From: Haplodiscus bocki
Taxonomy: Eukaryota
Direction of reading: 5' to 3'
DNA length: 64,000 nucleotides
Assembly: GCA_965655095.1 (NCBI GenBank)
Contig: OZ296648.1
Span: forward strand, 123,070,001 to 123,134,000
The notes beneath the pieces were generated by a model, which was not told where the DNA came from, searched no databases, and was given only the letters and a program-made list of their open reading frames with translations. Positions within the stretch are counted from its first letter, which is position 1; the number at the start of each line of letters is the position of its first letter. A program made the position numbers and the translations under genes. Positions 42,001-52,954 of the stretch are shown here, one piece after another.

Positions 42001-45000
42001 GGACAATTTGTGGTTGATTGCAGTATGTTTCTTCAATATCCCGTCAGGATCCGATTGAAAAGCTTCTCCAGATATCATCGCTTCCTTTACTTCTTCAGTA
42101 AGAAAATCGGGAGAGCGTAATTGTTGTCGGCATTGATGAGACGGATATGAAGTCACGAGTCCTCCATACCCAAAAGGTAGGGCAGTAATATCTCTCCGTA
42201 TCAGAAACGTTTTGACGTTTGATGACAACTTCCACGAAGCTACGAAAATCTTCTTCTAAGGAATTCATCAAATCACTCACATTGTCAAGGGGTCTCAGGA
42301 AATAGTTCCAACTGTTCTGGAGAATTCGAGTGTACGCTACATGGCAGAGATAGGGCTCGGATCGCGCTGCTTTTCATAATGCGCAAACTTGATATCTCCA
42401 GGTTTTGATTTTGTCATCTGCGAACATCCTGCAATATTCTATTTCACCTACAACGGCTCCCAAAAGTTTCCGTGCGGTTTGAATGATGTTCATTCCGGTG
42501 TTTTGGAAAAATCTGTTAGCTTCAGTTTTTATTTCTTCAGATTCGCAGATCAGCCAACATTTATATGCCTTGAGAAAGTAACCATACTTTGGGTCAAAGC
42601 AGTTTATCTGGTCCCACCATTTCTTAACTCTCAAAAGTTCACCCAGGCACGCAGCGTCACCCGCAAACCATTCCTATACTATAGTCTCTGCTTCGAGTCT
42701 TTCCATCAAGGCTTTCATACCGATAGCGTAAGAGGCCATAGCAATATTGTCCCCATGTGTAGTGCCTTCTTGCAAATCAAGTTCCATGCCTTTCCTCGTG
42801 AACAGGCGTGCTGCTTCCTGGTACGTGATCATTAGATCGTAATGGACTTTCGGACAGATGAATTGAGCGTTGTGTAGGGATCTTTCTCGGCTCATGCTAT
42901 TGAAAGCGTTGGATGTGTCTGTCTGAAGCATGCATTCCGTTGAAGGTAAACCATAGATTTTTTGCAGCCTCGTGGATAGCAGCTTCAATGCCACCTTCTT
43001 GTCCACCGCAGGATTGTCGGACGCCAACTTCTTCGAACACATCCGCCTTCAGAAGCTTCGAAAAAGTTTTACCGATTACTCTTCGTAGAACTTCTTCTAT
43101 GCCAATCGGTCAATCAGCACTAAGCCCACCCTTGTCCAAACCAAGTTCTGCAAGCATTCTTCCACTAAGGCTTTCTGTTACAGTGCATGACACCCCTGTA
43201 CCTGGATTTTAAATATTAGGACGCACACATGTAATCTATTTCAGTCAGGTACCAAAAAACACAAATCTGAAACTTCACAATTTTGACATTCATGGCAGAT
43301 CACCGAGTGGTCGTTCATCCATATGTCTCAAGTCGACAATTCCATGACCGAGAATTGGGAGCGCTGACTTTCATACAATAAAAATCAACAAACTTGACAT
43401 TTACAGCGGATAATCGATTGGTGGACTGCGATATTGCGGTAGTAAGCTTTTCTTCGGATATTTTCATTTTCAATAATCTACTTTCTGTTACCGTCAAAGA
43501 AAGTTGAGTTCATGAATTTGAGAAAAGATACGACTTTAAATTTATTGCGTTGTGTTCGATAGATGATTTAGAAAGTTTCGCCGAAATAGTTTTTCTATTT
43601 TGATCTGTCTCTGAGAAAAAGGTAGTTTTTATTATGGTTATAATTGAGATCTTCAGAGATTTGATATGACAAAACTGGTCAAAATGCAACATGTTAGAGA
43701 CGGTTAATCAAGAGTGCTGAAATTTAGAACTCTTCAGATTTGGCGTTCATGGCCGTTAAACAAAAGCGACGGAAAAAAACATTGCTCACTCATACAAACG
43801 AGGAATTTTGTAACATTGTAACAAAAAACAACGGAAAAAATCGATTGCAAAGGAAGCAAAAACATCGTTAAAACAATGTACAGAACACGCCAATGCCCAT
43901 GAGAACACATAAACCACAAAATGCCAATATTTAACAAGGTGGATCGCGAAATCCGAAAAAAACATACTATATTTTTGTGTCCAAAATTAAAAAAAAATCA
44001 TTCTTTCAGCCAAAAACTAAGTGAAAACGAGTTGCCTCTTCACCTGTAGCACCGTTATTCTGAAAGAACAGTGGGATGAAGCTAGCGTTTTCAATTTCAC
44101 ATTCACGTTCAATGTAATGGATCTTTTCAATTGTTTCGTTTTGTTTCAGGATTGTTTTCTGGGTATTATTCACGTGACTGAGACAGTTTGGGTGGGTTAC
44201 TCAGACAGCAAAAGAGATTTCTGCAGAAGTCGCCAGAAACTCCGGCATGATAAATCGAGCATCGCATTTTCATCTGAATCAGCTGTGCGAGAGAGAATAT
44301 TTGATTTTAAAGGTATCAGAGCCGGTTCAATTTCGACTTCTTTGCATACAATCGATAGTAAGTCCGCTTCAAGATCTCGTAACGCGTTATGTCCGGGGAT
44401 TACAAATCCTCAAAGTTGATATGTCATTGCGTGATCATTGCTGTTTTCCTTCCTGCATTCACATAGGCGAGGCATATCTTTAATACCCGACCAATATGTC
44501 AAATGTATTGCATCTTCGAACAATACTCTGTTGAAGTCCATTCCTTGTTGTTTGGATGGTAATGATGTCAACCATGTTGAGATTCCTTTTGCTTGCATGC
44601 TTGCAATAGTTCAATGTGCCTCTGCATTTTATCGTCAGTTTTTCCTAGTACTTCCTAGTAGGACAATTTGTGGTTGATTGCAGTATGTTTCTTCAATATC
44701 CCGTCAGGATCAGATTGAAAAGCTTCTCCAGATATCATCGCTTCCTTTACTTCTTCAGTTAGAAAATCGGGAGAGCGTAATTGTTGTCGGCATTGATGAG
44801 ACGGATATGAAGTCACGAGTCCTCCATACCCAAGAGGTAGGGCAGTAATATCTCTCCGTATAAGAAACGTTTTGACGTCCGATGACAACTTCCACGAAGC
44901 TACGAAAATCTTCTTCTAAGGAATTCATCAAATCACTCACATTGTCAAGGGGTCTCAGGAAATAGTTCCAACTGTTCTGGAGAATTCGAGTGCACGCTAT

Positions 45001-48000
45001 ATGGCAGAGATAGGGCTCGGATCGCGCTGCTTTTCATAATGCGCAATTTTGATATCTCCAGGTTTTGATTTTGTCATCTGCGAACATCCTGCAATATTCT
45101 ATTTCACCTACAACGGCTCCCAAAAGTTTCCGTGCGGTTTGAATGATGTTCATTCCGGTGTTTTGGAAAAATCTGTTAGCTTCAGTTTTTATTTCTTCAG
45201 ATTCGCAGATCAGCCAACATTTATATGCCTTGGGAAAGTAACCATACTTTGGGTCAAAGCAGTTTATCTGGTCCCACCATTTTTTAACTCTCAAAAGTTC
45301 ACCCAGGCACGCAGCGTCATCCGCAAGCCATTCCTAAACTATAGTCTCTGCTTCGAGTCTTCCCATCAAGGCTTTCATACCGATAGCGTAATAGGCCATA
45401 GCAATGTTGTCCCGTTGTGTAGTGCCTTCTTGCAAATCAAGTTCCATGCCTTTCCTCGTGAACAGGCGTGCTGCTTCCTGGTACGTGATCATTAGATCGT
45501 AATGGACTTTGGGACAGATGAATTGAGCGTTGTGTAGGGATCTTTCTCGGCTCATGCTATTGAGAGCGTTGGATGTGTCTGTCTGAAGCAGGCATTCCGT
45601 TGAAGGTAAACCATAGATTTTTTGCAGCCTCGTGGATAGCAGCTTCAATGCCACCTTCTTGTCCACCGCAGGTTTGTCGGACGCCACTTCTTCGAACACA
45701 TCCGCTTTCAGAAGCTTCGAAAATGTTTTACCGATGACTCTTCGTAGAACTTCTTCTATGCCAATCGGTCTGACAGCACTTAGCCCACCCTTGTCCAAAC
45801 CAATAGTTCTGCATGCTTTCCTCCACTAAGGCTTTCTGTTACAGTGCATGACACCCCTGTACCTGGATTTTAAATATTAGGACGCACACATGTAATCTAT
45901 TTCAGTCAGGTACCAAAAAACACAAATCTGAAACTTCACAATTTTGACATTCATGGCAGATCACCGAGTGGTCGTTCATCCATATGTCTCAAGTCGACAA
46001 TTCCATGACCGAGAATTGGGAGCGCTGACTTTCATACAATAAAAATCAACAAACTTGACATTTACAGCGGATAATCGATTGGTGGACTGCGATATTGCGG
46101 TAGTAAGCTTTTCTTCGGATATTTTCATTTTCAATAATCTACTTTCTGTTACCGTCAAAGAAAGTTGAGTTCATGAATTTGAGAAAAGATACGACTTTTA
46201 ATTTATTGCGTTGTGTTCGATAGATGATTTAGAAAGTTTCGCCGAAATAGTTTTTCTATTTTGATCTGTCTCTGAGAAAAAGGTAGTTTTTATTATGGTT
46301 AAAATTGAGATCTTAGAGATTTGATATGACAAAACTGGTCAAAATGCAACATGTTAGAGACGGTTAATCAAGAGTGCTGAAATTTAGAACTCTTCAGATT
46401 TGGCGTTCATGGCCGTTAAACAAAAGCGACGGAAAAAAACATTGCTCACTCATACAAACGAGGAATTTTGTAATATTGTAACAAAAAACAACGGAAAAAA
46501 TCGATTGCAAAGGAAGCAAAAACATCGTTAAAACAATGTACAGAACACGCCAATGCCCATGAGAACACATAAACCACAAAATGCCAATATTTAACAAGGT
46601 GGATCGCGAAATCCGAAAAAAACATACTATATTTTTGTGTCCAAAATTAAAAAAAAATCATTCTTTCAGCCAAAAACTAAGTGAAAACGAGTTGCCTCTT
46701 CACCTGTAGCACCGTTATTCTGAAAGAACAGTGGGATGAAGCTAGCGTTTTCAATTTCACATTCACGTTCAATGTAATGGGTCTTTTCAATTGTTTCGTT
46801 TTGTTTCAGGATTGTTTTCTGGGTATTATTCACGTGACTGAGACAGTTTGGGTGGGTTACTCAGACAGCAAAAGAGATTTCTGCAGAAGTCGCCAGAAAC
46901 TCCGGCATGATAAATCGAGCATCGCATTTTCATCTGAATCAGCTGTGCGAGAGAGAATATTTGATTTTAAAGGTATCAGAGCCGGTTCAATTTCGACTTC
47001 TTTGCATACAATCGATAGTAAGTCCGCTTCAAGATCTCGTAACGCGTTATGTCCGGGGATTACAAATCCTCAAAGTTGATATGTCATTGCGTGATCATTG
47101 CTGTTTTCCTTCCTGCATTCACATAGGCGAGGCATATCTTTAATACCCGACCCATATGTCAAATGTATTGCATCTTCGAACAATACTCTGTTGAAGTCCA
47201 TTCCTTGTTGTTTGGATGGTAATGATGTCAACCATGTTGAGATTCCTTTTGCTTGCATGCTTGCAATAGTTCAATGTGCCTCTGCATTTTATCGTCAGTT
47301 TTTCCTAGTACTTCCTAGTAGGACAATTTGTGGTTGATTGCAGTATGTTTCTTCAATATCCCGTCAGGATCAGATTGAAAAGCTTCTCCAGATATCATCG
47401 CTTCCTTTACTTCTTCAGTTAGAAAATCGGGAGAGCGTAATTGTTGTCGGCATTGATGAGACGGATATGAAGTCACGAGTCCTCCATACCCAAGAGGTAG
47501 GGCAGTAATATCTCTCCGTATCACAAACGTTTTGACGTCCGATGATAACTTCCACGAAGCTACGAAAATCTTCTTCTAAGGGTTTCATCAAATCACTCAG
47601 ATTGTCAAGGGTTCTCTGGAAATAGTTCCAACTGTCCTGGAGAATTCGAGTGTACGCTATGTGGCAGAGATAGGGCTCGGATCGCGCTGCTTTCGATTAT
47701 GCGCAAACTTGATTTCTCCAGGTTTTGGTTTTGTCATCTGCGGACATCCTGCAATATTCTATTTCACCTACAACGGCTCCCAAAAGTTTCCGTGCGGTTT
47801 GAATGATGTTCATTCCGGTGTTTTGGAAAAATCTGTTAGCTTCAGTTTTTATTTCTTCAGATTCGCAGATCAGCCAACATTTATATGCCTTGGGAAAGTA
47901 ACCATACTTTGGGTCAAAGCAGTTTATCTGGTCCCACCATTTCTTAACTCTCAAAAGTTCACCCAGGCACGCAGCGTCATCCGCAAACCATTCCTACACT

Positions 48001-49329
48001 ATAGTCTCTGCTTCGAGTCTTTCCATCAAGGCTTTCATACCGATAGCGTAATAGGCCATAGCAATGTTGTCCCGTTGTGTAGTGCCTTCTTGCAAATCAA
48101 GTTCCATGCCTTTCCTCGTGAACAGGCGTGCTGCTTCCTGGTACGTGATCATTAGATCGTAATAGACTTTGGGACAGATGAATTGAGCGTTGTGTAGGGA
48201 TCTTTCTCGGCTCATGCTATTGAGAGCGTTGGATGTGTCTGTCTGAAGCAGGCATTCCGTTGAAGGTAAACCATAGATTTTTTGCAGCCTCGTGGATAGC
48301 AGCTTCAATGCCACCTTCTTGTCCACCGCAGGTTTGTCGGACGCCACTTCTTCGAACACATCCGCTTTCAGAAGCTTCGAAAATGTTTTACCGATGACTC
48401 TTCGTAGAACTTCTTCCATGCCAATCGGTCTGACAGCACTTAGCCCACCCTTGTCCAAACCAATAGTTCTGCATGCTTTCCTCCACTAAGGCTTTCTGTT
48501 ACAGTGCATGACACCCCTGTACCTGGATTTTAAATATTAGGACGCACACATGTAATCTATTTCAGTCAGGTACTAAAAAACACAAATCTGAAACTTCACA
48601 ATTTTGACATTCATGGCAGATCACCGAGTGGTCGTTCATCCACATGTCTCAAGTCGACAATTCCATGACCGAGAATTGGGAGCGCTGACTTTCATACAAT
48701 AAAAATCAACAAACTTGACATTTACAGCGGATAATCGATTGGTGGACTGCGATATTGCGGTAGTAAGCTTTTCTTCGGGAAATTTTCATTTTCAATAATC
48801 TTCTTTCTGTTACCGTCAAAAAGAGTTGAGTTCATGAATTTGGGAAAAGATACGACTTTCAATTTAATGCGTTGGGTTCGATAGATGATTTAGAAAGTTT
48901 CGCCGATAATAGTTTTTCTATTTTGATCTGTCTTTGAGAAAAAGGCAGTTTTTATTATGGTTATAATTGAGATCTTCAGAGATTTGATATGACAAAACTG
49001 GTCAAACTGGTCAAAATGCAACATGTTAGAGACGGTTAATCGAAATTGCTGAGATTTAGAACTCTATAGATTTGGCGTTCATGGCCGTTAAACAAAAGCC
49101 ACGGAAAAAAACATGGCTCACTAATACAAACGAGGAATTTTGTAACATTGTAACAAAAAACAACGGAAAAAATCGACTGCAAAGGAAGCAAAAACATCGT
49201 TAAAACAATGTACAGAACACGCCAATGCCCATGAGAACACATAAACCACAAAATGCCAATAATTAACAAGGTGGATCGCGAAATCCGAAAAAAACATACT
49301 ATATTTTCGTGTCCAAAAGTTAAAAAAAT

Positions 49330-52205
49330 TCATTTTTTCAGCCAAAACTATCTGAAAACGAGTTGCCTCTTCACCTGTAGCACCGTTATTCTGAAAGAAG
49401 AATGGGGTGAAGCTAGCGTTTTCATTTTCACATTCACGTTCAATGTAATGGGTCTTTTCAATTGTTTCGTTTTGTTTCAGGATTGTTTTCTGGGTATTAT
49501 TCACGTGACTGAGACAGTTTGGGTGGGTTACTCAGACAGCAAAAGAGATTTCTGCAGAAGTCCGCAGAAACTACGGCATGATAATCGAGCATCGCATTTT
49601 CATCTGAATTAGCTGTGCGAGAGAGAATATTTGATTTTAAAGGTATGAGAGCCGGTTCAATTTCGACTTCTTTGCATACAATCGATAGTAAGTCCGCTTC
49701 AAGATCTCGTATCGCGTTATGTCCGGGGATTACAAATCCTCAAAGTTGATATGTCATTGCGTGATCAATGCTGTTTTCCTTCCTGCATTCACATAGGCGA
49801 GGCAGATCTTTAATACCCGACCCATATGTCAAATGTATTGCATCTTCGAACAATACTCTGTTGAAGTCCATTCCTTGTTGTTTGGATGGTAATGATGTCA
49901 ACCATGTTGAGATTCCTTTTGCTTGCATGCTTGCAATAGTTCAATGTGCCTCTGCAATTTGTCGTCGGTTTTTCCTAGTACTTCCTAGTAGGACATTTTG
50001 TGGTTGATTGCAGTATGTTTCTTCAATATCCCGTCAGGATCAGATTGAAAAGCTTCTCCAGATATGATCGCTTCCTTTACTCTTCAGTTAGAAAATCGGG
50101 AGAGCGGAATTGTTGTCGGCATTGGTGAGACAGATATGGAATCACGAGTCCTCCATACCGAAGAGGTAGGGCAGTAATATCTCTCCGTATCAGAAACGTT
50201 TTGACGTCCGATGATAACTTCCACGAAGCCACGAAAATCTTCTTCTACGGGTTTCATCAAATCACTCTTATTGTCAAGGGTTCTCTGGAAATAGTTCCAA
50301 CTGTTCTGGAGAATTCGAGTGTACGCTATGTGGCAGAGAGGGCTCGGATCGCGCTGCTTTTGAAAATGCGCAAACTTGATTTCTCCAGGTTTTGATTTTG
50401 TCATCTGCGAACATCCTGCAATATTCTATTTCACCTACAACGGCTCCCAAAAGTTTCCGTGCGGTTTGAATGATGTTCATTCCGGTGTTTTGGAAAAATC
50501 TGTTAGCTTCAGTTCTTATTTCTTCAGATTCGCAGATCAGCCAACATTTATATGCCTTGGGAAAGTAACCATACTTTGGGTCAAAGCAGTTTATCTGGTC
50601 CCACCATTTCTTACCTCTCAAAAGTTCACCCAGGCACGCAGCGTCATCCGCGAACCATTTCTGTACTATAGTCTCTGCTTCGAGTCTTTCCATCAAGGCT
50701 TTCATACCGATAGCGTAATAGGCCATAGCAATGTTGTCCCCTTGTGTAGTGCCTTATTGCAATTCAAGTTCCATGCCTTTCCTCGTGAACAGGCGTGCTG
50801 CTTCCTGGTACGTGATCATTACATAGCAATGGACTTTGGGACAGATGAATTGAGCGTTGTATAGAGATCTTTCTCGGCTCATGCTATTGAAAGCGTTGGA
50901 TGTCTGTCCGAAGCATGCATTCCGTTGAAGGTAAACTATAGATTTTTTGCCGCCTGGTGGATAGCAGCTTCAATGCCACCTTCTTGTCCACCCCAGGTTT
51001 GTCGGACGCCAACTTCTTCGAACACATTCGCTTTCAGAAGCTTCGAAAATGTTTTACCGATGACTCTTCGTAGAACTTCTTCTGTGCCAATCGGTCTGAC
51101 AGCACTTAGCCCACCCTTGTCCAAACCAATAGTTCGACAGGCGGTGTAAGTCTCAAATGCCACCAGATTGACATTTTCACAACATATTTTTCGGGCAACT
51201 TCGGACACTGTGTTGCAAAACTTTTCACTAACTTGTTTGAAGTTGGTCAAGTAGGCCATTCGTCGAACATTCGGAGCGTCCAGACCACTGGGTCCACTAG
51301 CTCCTCGCGCCTGCAATGCGGCGGTTTAATTCGGAGTGGTCTATGGAATCAAACACAACTGGGTTAAATTCCGCCGGTAATCCCTGAATCATTTCGGATG
51401 TCATTACTTGTCGACGTGGTGGATGCAGTTTGTGGAGTTGTTTCAGCACAATTTCATTTGGCTGTAGGACACCTTTGGAATCTTCCTATTCAATGAGATT
51501 CACTGCTCTTGTCAACCTTCCTTTAAGAACTAATTCGGTAAATTCTTTATTGATACTTGACTTGCGTGTTTTAGATTTGTGCAGCTTTTGTTGGATTGCT
51601 TCACATTCATTAAAAATCAAATCGAATTCTCCATCAATCCACCATTTCAGTCGTTTCTCTAAAAATTTCGAATGATCTTCCGCTTTCGATTTCCTGAAAT
51701 GTTTCTGTAGCATCAACATGCAGTAGACGGAAGATTTTTACTGATTTGTTCTGCAGGTGGGAGATTTTGACAAAGAGTGGGAGAATTCAGTTAGCTTCAG
51801 GAACAAAATGCTTCACTGCATTACCATGGGCTAGATACAAAGTTTTTCTTCAGAAAGACAGCTTTACCGTAAATTTCATCAGTTTTCCGAGAGAATTTTT
51901 CGTCTTTGCTCATCGGGGTGCTCGGCTCCAAGCAAGGTGAGGTAATCGAGAGCACTTGCATGCCCTGGCCTAGGCTACACGAGGCATCATTTTCGTATCT
52001 GGTGTCAATTTTCAGGGCATCCATCCCTGGAGTAAGCCCGGTGTGTGAATCTTTATATTTTTTGGCGTATGAAATCGCTGGTCCAATTCTCCGCCGATGG
52101 AAGTCCACTGCACATGACATGGACATAACCGCATATATGGCTAGAAAGATCTTGATTCTTTTCGAAAGCGCCAATACATGAATTACATTTCATTTGATCG
52201 ACCAT
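49330..52205 (-). pseudogene. CRE ORF2 (PHD-like finger - RT - CCHC - RLE) with multiple frameshifts and stops
   Basis: Starts MVDQMKCNSCIGAFEKNQDLSSHICGYVHVMCSGLPSAENWTSDFIRQK (decayed Cys/His finger). Continues through ORF-track fragments 51821-52174, 51486-51719, 50936-51316, 50274-50726, 49740-49928 and 49121-49504. Confidence 0.8.
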
Positions 52206-52280
52206 TTTATCGTTACTCAAATTCTCGTTTGTGATCTGAGCTGATGAAAGCTACGTAGATCAAAAAAGGCTTACGTTAAA

Positions 52281-52859
52281 TCAGTTGTAAGATGTTTTCT
52301 TCTTTCCTCTCTTTCTGTCATCATTCTCAAGATCCGGATAGTCGTGGATAATAGTTGAAACAAATTGTCGCTCTAGCTGAAGGTTCAGATGAACTTTGCC
52401 GAGTTCAGTTCGTACGATGGGTTCAGTTTTCATACGATGGGATATCAGTTTTTTGTCAACGTCGATAACGTGAAAATCAGTTTCCAGTAACTTGTGGTAT
52501 TTACTCGTAGCTCTGTGGCGCTGACAGTGCAGAATTGCGCGGATACGTGATTTGAAGGAGCGGAGGATAGACCAAAGTTCTCAGGGATCGACAGCTGGGT
52601 ACTCTTTTCTGGGATCGTTTCTTGGATTGAGATGTCGGGATATGGTGTTGTTTATAATGTCGTGCCAAATTATGAGATCAGATTTGGCTCTCAATGGTTG
52701 GTCGCTGTTCAGTAGAGATTGCAATCGCTGTTTCGAATTTGGATGATGTCGGTTGAGCCCAAGCCCTGGAATTGTAGTTAAATTTCCTCTGAGATGGTTG
52801 TTTTCTTTTTCGGCTTCTTCGGCGATTGGTCTAAGACAGCTAGCAGCAATTATATGCAT
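52281..52859 (-). pseudogene. CRE-associated ORF1, 193 codons with one premature stop (52581-52583); SGNH/esterase-like
   Basis: MHIIAASCLR...TIPGLGLN...LIIWHDIINNTI...VDP*ELWSILRSF...IDVDKKL...ELGKVHLNLQLE...KRGKKKTSYN*. Motif order resembles SGNH blocks I (xxxAAS), II (PG), III (IIxHxxxN) and V (xxVHLN). Confidence 0.6.
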
Positions 52860-52901
52860 GTCCACTAGTGAAACAATTAATCTGAAACAAAACGTGATAA
52901 A

Positions 52902-52932
52902 CTTAGCAAGAAGTTTATCACAACAATAAGGC
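52902..52932 (-). other. Spliced-leader-like 31-mer at the 5' end of the CRE element
   Basis: GCCTTATTGTTGTGATAAACTTCTTGCTAAG, directly abutting the candidate TSD and 42 nt upstream of the ORF1 ATG. Shares an exact 18-mer with 55273-55290. Confidence 0.6.
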
Positions 52933-52954
52933 TGTGTCCAAAATTCGAATTCAT
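52933..52954. repeat. Candidate target-site duplication of the CRE insertion (right copy)
   Basis: TGTGTCCAAAATT(CGAATTCAT). The 13-mer recurs at 4100-4112 and at the equivalent site in most units, exactly where CRE protein homology stops. Units 9 and 13 read TGTGTCCAAAATTAAAAAACAAATTCAT, suggesting up to 22 bp before A-run slippage. Confidence 0.65.

Larger units (their letters stand above)
3371..51135. repeat. Retrotransposon-derived macrosatellite: 18 head-to-tail copies of a ~2.66-kb unit
   Basis: Unit starts (AAAACACAAATCTGAAAC) at ~3371, 6033, 8684, 11345, 14005, 16665, 19322, 21979, 24639, 27303, 29965, 32617, 35282, 37931, 40593, 43256, 45917, 48577; periods 2649-2665 bp. The same ORF fragments recur in every period of the ORF track. 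Homology of the last copy to the unit ends at 51135 (CCAATAGTTC|). Confidence 0.97.
49322..52932 (-). mobile_element. Degenerate 5'-complete CRE-clade (RLE-type) non-LTR retrotransposon; donor of the array
   Basis: Array copy 18 continues into RT N-terminal motifs ARGASGPSGLDA..RR...F...S..FC....VARKIC....TACRTIGLDKGG..VRPIG, LMLQKHFRKSKAEDHSKFLEKRLKWWIDGEFD..NEC.AIQ and IYGKAVFLKKN. These are typical of metazoan CRE elements. It is bounded by a candidate TSD (TGTGTCCAAAATT). Confidence 0.85.

Noticed and set aside
3371-51135. CRISPR array, retron/DGR-type system, or SL RNA/5S/snRNA gene cluster repeatedly targeted by CRE
   Set aside because: The context is eukaryotic and the RT is non-LTR type. 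Units contain no short repeat-spacer structure, no leader motif, no recognisable Pol III or snRNA gene, and all share one breakpoint.
52235-52275. Hammerhead-like CTGATGA in the ORF1-ORF2 spacer
   Set aside because: Antisense to the element, with no stem II-GAAA core.
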